A DNA stretch of 64,000 nucleotides, from contig CAXXYH010000004.1 in NCBI GenBank assembly GCA_963677925.2, forward strand, positions 1,536,001 to 1,600,000. The letters are read 5' to 3'. Made by a program: the position numbers and the translations under genes. Numbering within the stretch: position 1 is the stretch's first letter; each line of letters begins with the position of its first letter. Below the pieces are notes generated by a model. That model was not told where the DNA came from. It was given only the letters and a program-made list of their open reading frames with translations, and searched no databases. The stretch comes from Spirochaetia bacterium. Lineage in GTDB: Bacteria; Spirochaetota; Spirochaetia; UBA9216. Positions 57,173 through 64,000 of the stretch are shown here, one piece after another.

Positions 57173-57739
57173 TTATCTCCTGGCAGGCTTTATAAAACCG
57201 AATATACTTCCGCAGAACCCTCCTATAAGGTGGGCAAACTGGGAGATATCGTCATGCCTGAAGGCATTGATCGCTTCGGTAGCAAGGTATAGCACCAGAA
57301 TAAGGACAAATGTAAGAGGAATCTCGCCGTTACGGTTATTTGTAAACGATGAAAGGAGTATCATCATGAATACTATTCCGCTTGCACCCAGCAGTGCAGT
57401 AGGGAAGAAGAAGGCGTTCAGCAGTCCCGTTACAATAGCTGTTACAAAGATCATGATAAACAGCGAGACAGAGCCGTATTTTTCTTCAAGAGCCGGTCCA
57501 AGAAGCAGCAGCAGTGCCATATTCGACAGCAGGTGATTCCATCCTGAGTGTCCCAGGGTATGAGTAAACAGGGTAATCCAGTCAATCGGATCTGATGTAT
57601 TGAAAATGCCCTTACCGGGTACCATGAAGTACGTAGGAATGAAATGGGTATTAAGCAGCTGATCAACAAGAATGAGAAGTGATGCAATAATTGCAAATGT
57701 CAGAGTCAGCGGCGCATTATATCTAATCTTTAGCGTCAT
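57173..57739 (-). CDS. Rhomboid-family intramembrane protease
   Basis: HLLSNM, GASG, AHLIGG; start after GGAGA. Confidence 0.9.
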   Translation of the reverse strand: MTLKIRYNAPLTLTFAIIASLLILVDQLLNTHFIPTYFMVPGKGIFNTSDPIDWITLFTHTLGHSGWNHLLSNMALLLLLGPALEEKYGSVSLFIMIFVTAIVTGLLNAFFFPTALLGASGIVFMMILLSSFTNNRNGEIPLTFVLILVLYLATEAINAFRHDDISQFAHLIGGFCGSIFGFIKPARR

Positions 57740-57819
57740 AGTTTTCTCCGGATATAAGATGTTTCCATTATATAATGAACGACACCTTTGAGGAAATATT
57801 TTAACAATAAAAATGGGGA

Positions 57820-57848
57820 TTGACAGTATTATTACGCGGAGGTATGGT
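57820..57848 (+). promoter_or_regulatory. tRNA promoter
   Basis: TTGACA-17 bp-TATGGT, 10 nt before the tRNA. Confidence 0.65.
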
Positions 57849-57858
57849 TTACTCACCT

Positions 57859-57932
57859 GGTCACGTAGCTCAGCTGGATAGAGCGCCTCCCTCCGGAGGA
57901 GGAGGCCGTGGGTTCGAATCCCGCCGTGATCA
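57859..57932 (+). tRNA. tRNA-Arg (anticodon CCG)
   Basis: Acceptor GGTCACG/CGTGATC, D arm GCTC/GAGC, anticodon arm CCTCC-CTCCGGA-GGAGG, GTTCGAATC; CCA not encoded. Confidence 0.96.
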
Positions 57933-57942
57933 AAAAAAGCCT

Positions 57943-58563
57943 TTATGCTTTCCTGTCAGGTTTATTGATCTCCATATGTGCATGAAATCCCTCCAGATCA
58001 TCCGGGAATTCCATTCTTGTTCCAAGCTGTTTAGCCAGGGAGATAATAAACTGCATCCCGAGAGTCTGCGAACCGGCGGGATCATAGTCTGATTCAAGTC
58101 CTCTGCCGTTGTCTTTATAATCAAGGATTATTTTTTCGTCTTCAAAGTGAAGCTTAAAACTTATGAGGCCTCCGCCCTTTGTGTAGTCAAAGGCATGGAA
58201 ATAGCTGTTTGTTACCATTTCCGAGATAATCTGGGCAATAGGCAGGGCTGTCTTAAAAGGGATTCTGATATTGTCAATTTCCTTCTCGATTTTCACGCCC
58301 GGATGCCGGTTGGAACAGACTCTCTGCAGCCTGCTTAATATATCATAGATCAGTTCCATGACGTTGACATACCTGTAATCTCCGCCGTGATACAGTTTTT
58401 CATAGGCTGTGGATATAACCATCTGTCTGTTCTGCAGGCAGGCTAAAAGCTGCTCCGCCGGAATGGTTTTTGTATATATCTTATGCAGATTGACCATTGC
58501 CGTCATAGTAGCGAGGTCGTTTTTGAGGTCATGAAATATTTCTCTGATTTCTTCTTCTTCCAT
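57943..58563 (-). CDS. HisKA_2/HATPase histidine kinase core without sensor domain
   Basis: EIFHDLKNDL, EMVTNSYFHAF, DNGRGL, TLGMQFI. Confidence 0.85.
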   Translation of the reverse strand: MEEEEIREIFHDLKNDLATMTAMVNLHKIYTKTIPAEQLLACLQNRQMVISTAYEKLYHGGDYRYVNVMELIYDILSRLQRVCSNRHPGVKIEKEIDNIRIPFKTALPIAQIISEMVTNSYFHAFDYTKGGGLISFKLHFEDEKIILDYKDNGRGLESDYDPAGSQTLGMQFIISLAKQLGTRMEFPDDLEGFHAHMEINKPDRKA

Positions 58564-58621
58564 ATGGCTTAAATTTAGTTGTAATTGAATACGAATTCAA
58601 CAAAAGCTTTAATTTATTTAC

Positions 58622-59224
58622 TTAAACTTTACAAATATACCATCCCGAAGATTCTGTCACTGCCAAAGTCTGAATATCATCTGAATATTCAGAGAGTTCC
58701 TGCATGACATTATTCCTGAATCCGAAATAATCTGCACCTATAAGCAGTTCAAGAATCTCAATCAGCAGTACCGGAAGGATGGCGTGCCTGCCCTGGTAGT
58801 CATGGATTATCACAGTCTTTTCTGCAATCCGGAAGGCCTCGGAATAGAACTTCCTCCGCAGGCTTTTACGCATTCCGTGTGCCACAAAAGCGGCTGTAAC
58901 AGTGTCAAAGGAATTATCTTCAAAGGGGAGGCCCGCCAGAATATCGCCCTTTACGCAGTTGAGCTTTTTCTTTCTGGCCATCAGCATCATCGGGCCTGAG
59001 ATGTCTGTTCCCGACGCCCGGTATCCTTCCAGCTGAAGTGCATATGTAAAAGCGCCGGTTCCGCAGCCGATATCCAGAACACTTGAACCTTCCGGGCCAA
59101 GATGAGCTTTGTTGATGTTTATAACCTTCCGGTATTTATGCCAGAGCATTGGAAAGAAGGCTGTGTATATGAGGGATATGGAGGAGAATATCAGCTTGTG
59201 CATGAAAGAAACTATTTTTTTCAA
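58622..59224 (-). CDS. Class I SAM-dependent methyltransferase
   Basis: VLDIGCGTG, LPFEDNSFDTV. Confidence 0.9.
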   Translation of the reverse strand: MKKIVSFMHKLIFSSISLIYTAFFPMLWHKYRKVININKAHLGPEGSSVLDIGCGTGAFTYALQLEGYRASGTDISGPMMLMARKKKLNCVKGDILAGLPFEDNSFDTVTAAFVAHGMRKSLRRKFYSEAFRIAEKTVIIHDYQGRHAILPVLLIEILELLIGADYFGFRNNVMQELSEYSDDIQTLAVTESSGWYICKV

Positions 59225-61125
59225 TCTTTTTCATACAGAGAGAACTCTTTAAGAAGGGAGTTCAGCTCATCTACCTTTTTAATATTAGCGGCTGTTATCC
59301 GGTTCATCTGTTCAAGTGCTTCAGTTATTGATTCACGGTTTTCTTTCTGATCCATGACGGAACTCTTAATAACAGAAAAACCGTTAAAAACGCTTTCAAT
59401 ACTATTCCTCATTATCCCTGTGTTTGATGTCTGCTCGGAAGAAAGGTTTTTAAGGTCCTCTGTAATTGACACCAGTCTTACTGAGGTCTGCAGCATTTCT
59501 TCAATTCCTGCAGTTTCTTCTTCTATTGCACGGTATATATTATGGAAATGGGTGAAGGTGAGTTCAACTGTATTTTTAATATCGCTGAATGAACTGTCGG
59601 CCTGCATTGTCATATCATTTCCGTATTCTATGGCCTCAAGCATTTCTTTTATCAGATTTGATATTCCTGTGGATTTTTCGGTACTGTTCTCTGAAAGCCT
59701 TCGAATCTCATCTGCAACTACAGCAAACCCTTTCCCGGAATCTCCTGCATGAGCCGCTTCAATTGCCGCATTTATTGCCAGAATGTCAATTTGTTCTGAT
59801 AAAAGATGCAGATGCTCCAGTATTTCCTCGACATGAATAGAGGAGTCCTCGACACGTCTGATTGAACCTATCAGATTGCTGATATGTTCGCTTCCGCTGG
59901 AGGTGATTTCCGTCAGGTTCGATGTAAGTTTTTCTACTTCCCTGGCTGCCTCATTTTCAGCCTTGATAGATGCCGCCATTTCCTCTATGGCACTTGAAGT
60001 CTGCTCAACAGAGGCGGCCTGTTCATCAATGTTTCCGGAAATAATGGAAAGAGAGCTGAAAAAATTATTTAAAACAGATCTGGTCTGTCCGATCTCCTTT
60101 TCCTGGTTTGACATTTCAATATCAATCCGGCTGATTGAATCAAGCAGTTTTTTGGTCGCATCAAAAAGGTCATGAAGTATTTTTCCAGTAAGGATGGATG
60201 TTTCTGAAACCTGCCGGCCGGTTTGATCAACTTTTATGACTAGATGCCTGATTTTTTCTATGAAGTTGTTAATCTCCGAGGCGATTCTTCCAGTATCGTC
60301 AAAATTAAAAAGCGTCACCTTCTTGGTCAGATCTCCGCTTCCTTTCGAAAGATCCTCCATTTTCCGCAGAAGCTGTTTTTTCTGTATTCGATCCTCGGTC
60401 AGGGCCAGTGCGGTATTTATGCAGAGAGGTATAAATCCGAGCAATGACAGGCCGGCAAGCGCTCCTGAATAATTTTTTGTAATGACGGGAATTCCGGTTT
60501 CATAAGAAACCGCGAAGTATCGCGAGGCATAGACCAGAATAAGAATAGTGTAAATAAAGCATGTTGCCATGATGAGAATCATTTTAATACGCACGAAAAC
60601 GTCGCTTTCGCCATCCTGCATTTCTGTCATATTGAGCTTTATTTTTACAGGGATTAAAATCCTGTTTATAACAAGTGCTGCTGTGACGGCACTCATACAG
60701 CCGGAGATACTGTTTGTGGAGAGGCTCCAGAAGTAGGGGACTCCTCCCCCTGTTTTGAATCCCTGCATTCCGTAAAACAGGGTTATAGCTGCCAGCCATA
60801 ATCCTGTATTTGTCAGAATCAGCAGCCATGGTACTCTAAGGCTTGCTTTACGGGCCCTGGAATAATTTTCAGCGGAATTGATATACGCGAACAGCGGTTT
60901 TAAAAACTTCAGTATGATAATCGTCTGAATCAGAGCAGACAACAGAAAAAGAAGATAAATAGAGGGCTGCAGCGCAAAACCGATCTTAACGGAAATGCTC
61001 TGATTTGCCGGTTTGAAAACCTGCAGTATGAACTGATTTGCCGTAAAGATCACTGCAGGTATCAATACTGCTGAAGCAGAGATTGCAATTTTGACCGGAC
61101 TGGTTCTGATTCCGTCTTTTTTCAT
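59221..61125 (-). CDS. Methyl-accepting chemotaxis protein with 6-TM sensor
   Basis: HAMP GDLT...DDTGRIA; LAINAAIEAAHAGDSGKGFAVVADEIRRLSE. Confidence 0.93.
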   Translation of the reverse strand: MKKDGIRTSPVKIAISASAVLIPAVIFTANQFILQVFKPANQSISVKIGFALQPSIYLLFLLSALIQTIIILKFLKPLFAYINSAENYSRARKASLRVPWLLILTNTGLWLAAITLFYGMQGFKTGGGVPYFWSLSTNSISGCMSAVTAALVINRILIPVKIKLNMTEMQDGESDVFVRIKMILIMATCFIYTILILVYASRYFAVSYETGIPVITKNYSGALAGLSLLGFIPLCINTALALTEDRIQKKQLLRKMEDLSKGSGDLTKKVTLFNFDDTGRIASEINNFIEKIRHLVIKVDQTGRQVSETSILTGKILHDLFDATKKLLDSISRIDIEMSNQEKEIGQTRSVLNNFFSSLSIISGNIDEQAASVEQTSSAIEEMAASIKAENEAAREVEKLTSNLTEITSSGSEHISNLIGSIRRVEDSSIHVEEILEHLHLLSEQIDILAINAAIEAAHAGDSGKGFAVVADEIRRLSENSTEKSTGISNLIKEMLEAIEYGNDMTMQADSSFSDIKNTVELTFTHFHNIYRAIEEETAGIEEMLQTSVRLVSITEDLKNLSSEQTSNTGIMRNSIESVFNGFSVIKSSVMDQKENRESITEALEQMNRITAANIKKVDELNSLLKEFSLYEKD

Positions 61126-61131
61126 TACTTT

Positions 61132-61160
61132 ATTATATAATTAATTATTTTACTCAGCAA
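61132..61160 (-). promoter_or_regulatory. Promoter giving a leaderless MCP transcript
   Basis: TTGCTG-17 bp-TATAAT, 6 nt before ATG, no SD. Confidence 0.6.
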
Positions 61161-61281
61161 TAAATGAAAAAATTTTAACTGTTTACTTACATGTCGGCAA
61201 TAAACATAGCCGGCTGCGGAAATTTCAGGCCGGCCCGGATTTTTTATTCTGATTTCTGCTGGACTTTGAGCCTTGAGTCAA

Positions 61282-62601
61282 TCAGTACGCCGATGAAATA
61301 ACATCCGAATGCTCGGCAAGTGTCCAGACAGAGCTTAAGGCCAGGCCCATTCTGCCGAACACTATGCTCAGTGCTGCGCCTCCTGTTATTGTAATCAGGC
61401 CGGTGACTCTGCCGCCTTTTTTAAAATGAAAGATATCGAAGAACAGGGGCAGAAAGCACATCAGTATCCTTGATGTTGATACGGAAAGTTCTACTATATA
61501 GGCAGTCTTTCTGAACGCGAAAACCGCCACCGCTGCGGTGATGATTACAATAAAGACCCGTCCGTACCAGAGGTTTCTGGTGTTGCGGGTTATATCCCTT
61601 GTCACCATGGATGAAAGTGTAAGTATGATGGAATTGGAAGTTGATATACTGGCAAATACAATGCTGAGCGCCACAGCCATTCCCAGGCCTTTGCCCATCA
61701 ATCCGATAAGTCCGATAATTACATTATCACGGCCGGTTATTTCAGCAAGGTTTCCATTAATAGTAGCGTATTTGGCAGCGAAACCTATGAGACAGGTGAT
61801 AAGCGTATATGCTGTACCGACAACGGCGAAAAGAATAATCATCTTTCTAAATCCGTTTTTATCTTTGATGATGAACAGCCTCTGTACAACCTGCGGGTTC
61901 GTGAGCGCAAAAAAGGCCCAGGGAAGGGTCATATTGATAAAAAACACGGGGGTCCATACCCTGTTGGGAAAGGTTGAAGCTTCAAAACCGCCGAAACTGT
62001 CACCGGCCCAGACCAGTGCAATTACGGCAACCGCAATCATAAACAGGCCCTGAACAGCGTCGGTCAGTGCAACACCCCGCAGTCCGCCTATCAGCGACCA
62101 GATGCATATTAGCACTGCGGCGACAACCACGCCTGCACCGTAGCTTATGCCGAAATTACCGAAAATAATGGAAAGTCCGATTACCTGTGCAGCGGTATAT
62201 GGAACCAGTGCCAATATCGATACTGCCGCTCCGGCGGTGCCGGAATGCTTGCCGAATCTTGAAGAGAAGAGTTCCATCGGAGAAACCATACCCTCATCCC
62301 GGCTTATCTTCCAGATTCTCTTCCCGTATATTGAGAGGAGTATTACCGTAGCAACAAGGTAGGCAAGCTCAAAAATCATGGAACCGATTCCGGTTGAATA
62401 GGAAAGGCCTACAAGTCCGACCATCATAAAGGATGAATAGGTTGTTGCGGCATAGGTAAGGGCGCTTACCACCCAGTGGATTCCCCTTCCGCCTATGAAA
62501 TAGGATTCCTGCGAATTACCGCTTCTTGCTCTTCCCGCGTAAACAGCAATCCCTGTTCCTGCAGCAACATATATAATCATTAATACCATAAAGCCTGACA
62601 T
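61282..62601 (-). CDS. Sodium:solute symporter (PanF/PutP family), frameshifted near the 3' end
   Basis: YFIGGR, ATTYSSF, GGLRGVALTDAVQG, PQVVQR, ASISTSNS; last helix continues in another frame to 61244. Confidence 0.88.
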   Translation of the reverse strand: MSGFMVLMIIYVAAGTGIAVYAGRARSGNSQESYFIGGRGIHWVVSALTYAATTYSSFMMVGLVGLSYSTGIGSMIFELAYLVATVILLSIYGKRIWKISRDEGMVSPMELFSSRFGKHSGTAGAAVSILALVPYTAAQVIGLSIIFGNFGISYGAGVVVAAVLICIWSLIGGLRGVALTDAVQGLFMIAVAVIALVWAGDSFGGFEASTFPNRVWTPVFFINMTLPWAFFALTNPQVVQRLFIIKDKNGFRKMIILFAVVGTAYTLITCLIGFAAKYATINGNLAEITGRDNVIIGLIGLMGKGLGMAVALSIVFASISTSNSIILTLSSMVTRDITRNTRNLWYGRVFIVIITAAVAVFAFRKTAYIVELSVSTSRILMCFLPLFFDIFHFKKGGRVTGLITITGGAALSIVFGRMGLALSSVWTLAEHSDVISSAY

Positions 62602-62691
62602 TGCAGCCTCCTTGAAATTTAGCAGAATTTTACCTGCAGGGCTGAAAGTGTCAATTGAATATTAAAAAAAGAAAAAATGTGTAAATAAAAA

Positions 62692-62720
62692 TTGCATGCA
62701 ATATGATAGAAGTGTATAAT
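62692..62720 (+). promoter_or_regulatory. Promoter of aminotransferase with palindrome over -35
   Basis: TTGCAT-17 bp-TATAAT; ATTGCATGCAAT at 62691-62702. Confidence 0.65.
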
Positions 62721-62752
62721 GTTTTAAAATATCCAATACAATTAAGGAGAAT

Positions 62753-64000
62753 ATGATGCATCCATCAGAGATTGGTGAAATTTCATCAGTATGGACTCAT
62801 TCAACAGGAATCCTTGCAGATCATGCAAAGGGCTGCTGGTTTTACGATAAAGAAGGCAATTCCTACCTGGATTTCACCAGCGGAATAGGCGTAACAAATA
62901 CCGGACACTGCCACCCGAAGGTTGTTGAAGCTATAAAGAAGCAGTCAGAATCCATGATTTTCGGGCAGTTCAATATTGTCTACCACCAGCCTGTTGCTGA
63001 CCTGGTAAATGAATTGAAAACGGTTGTTCCGGCAGGGCTTGATACTTTCTTTTTTGCAAGCAGCGGTGCCGAGGCTGTTGAAGGTGCAGTGAAGCTTGCA
63101 AAGCATGCAACCGGGCGTCCAAATGTGATTGTTTTTAACGGCAGCTTTCACGGGCGTACCCATCTTACAATGGCAATGACAACAAGCAAGACAATATACA
63201 GAGAGGGGTATGCGCCGCTTGTCTCCGGTATCTATGTATCTCCTTATCCCTATTCCTTCTATTACGGATGGGATGATCAGACTACATGCGACTTTGCCAT
63301 AAAAGAATTAAAAAGGGTTCTTCTTGGGCAGACGAAGCCTTCCGAGACTGCTGCCATCATTATCGAGCCGGTTCTTGGTGAAGGCGGCTACGTCGTTCCG
63401 CCGAAGGGATTTCTGCAGGCGGTTCGGGACATCTGCGACGAATACGGTATTATGATGATTGCCGATGAGGTTCAGTCCGGATTCTGCAGAACGGGAAAGT
63501 TCTTTGCTGTTCAGCATGAAAATGTTCTTCCGGACATCATGACTATGGCAAAGGGGCTTGGATCAGGCGTCCCTATTTCGGGTATTGCCTACAAGCGTGA
63601 GCTGCAGGAAAAATGGGTTCCGGGCAGCCACGGAGGAACCTACTCGGGAAACACACTAGCCTGCGCAGCTGCTGCCGCAACAATCCGTGTAATGAAAGAG
63701 GAAAAGCTTGATCAGAATGCTGCCGAGCGCGGTGCCCAGCTGATGGACGGACTTAAAAAGCTTCAGCAGAAATATCCGGTTATAGCGGATGTCCGGGGAC
63801 TGGGCTGTATGGTTGCAACTGAGTTTATAAAGGATGGAAAACCGGACGCCGACACGGTAAAAGCTGTGATTAAGGCAGCCTTCGATGAGAAGCTTCTTAT
63901 GCTTAACTGCGGAACATTCGGCAACATCATCAGATGGATTCCGCCGCTGGTTGTTACTAAAGATGAAATGGATGATGCCCTCGAACGATTCAGCAGAGCA
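62753..64000 (+). CDS. Class-III PLP aminotransferase (4-aminobutyrate aminotransferase-like), 3' truncated by window
   Basis: Not in the ORF track; my translation after AAGGAG gives YLDFTSGIGV, SGAEAVE, FHGRT, IADEVQSGFCRTG, MAKGLG, HGGTY. Confidence 0.92.
   Translation, partial: MMHPSEIGEISSVWTHSTGILADHAKGCWFYDKEGNSYLDFTSGIGVTNTGHCHPKVVEAIKKQSESMIFGQFNIVYHQPVADLVNELKTVVPAGLDTFFFASSGAEAVEGAVKLAKHATGRPNVIVFNGSFHGRTHLTMAMTTSKTIYREGYAPLVSGIYVSPYPYSFYYGWDDQTTCDFAIKELKRVLLGQTKPSETAAIIIEPVLGEGGYVVPPKGFLQAVRDICDEYGIMMIADEVQSGFCRTGKFFAVQHENVLPDIMTMAKGLGSGVPISGIAYKRELQEKWVPGSHGGTYSGNTLACAAAAATIRVMKEEKLDQNAAERGAQLMDGLKKLQQKYPVIADVRGLGCMVATEFIKDGKPDADTVKAVIKAAFDEKLLMLNCGTFGNIIRWIPPLVVTKDEMDDALERFSRA

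Noticed and set aside
57820-58092. 90-aa ORF in the track
   Set aside because: Overlaps the tRNA, its promoter and an antisense kinase; spurious
57859-58600. tRNA-anchored genomic island
   Set aside because: No integrase and no duplicated tRNA 3' end seen
1-64000. CRISPR arrays, IS elements, rRNA, prophage, defence systems
   Set aside because: No regularly spaced repeats or recognisable transposase, phage or nuclease motifs seen by eye

Overview
Bacterial chromosome window that looks like a free-living spirochaete (inferred from spirochaete-style lipoprotein and 'VFAGG' signal peptides, PEGA and FGE-domain proteins, and the MCP tip AAHAGDSGKGF). In order it holds: the end of a monosaccharide ABC operon; a trp operon (trpE-trpGD-trpCF-trpB-trpA); a SorC-regulated sugar/polyol cluster; lipoprotein and PEGA genes; a NicO/DUF1007 pair; a GH3 glucosidase; lon; slyD; an accessory block at 28.3-38.0 kb; then housekeeping genes (MATE, ettA, GGDEF, pqqL, ThiF, ychF, trmJ, rel, prmC, prfA, tRNA-Arg(CCG)), an MCP, a sodium:solute symporter and a partial class-III aminotransferase. 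The best candidate for an undescribed system is in the accessory block. It has two outward-facing copies of a two-gene module: a stand-alone membrane protein plus a 12-TM protein built as 2x(6TM + OmpR/PhoB-like winged helix with a Cys-rich insertion). Each copy is divergent from a surface-protein gene (an FGE/CLec lipoprotein, or a decayed FG-GAP-like gene), and the two intergenic regions share a motif. Other points: several apparently leaderless transcripts, candidate operators for trp, SorC and the aminotransferase, and a late frameshift in the symporter. I saw no CRISPR, rRNA, transposase, integrase or reverse transcriptase. All family calls come from recognising motifs by eye, not from database searches.
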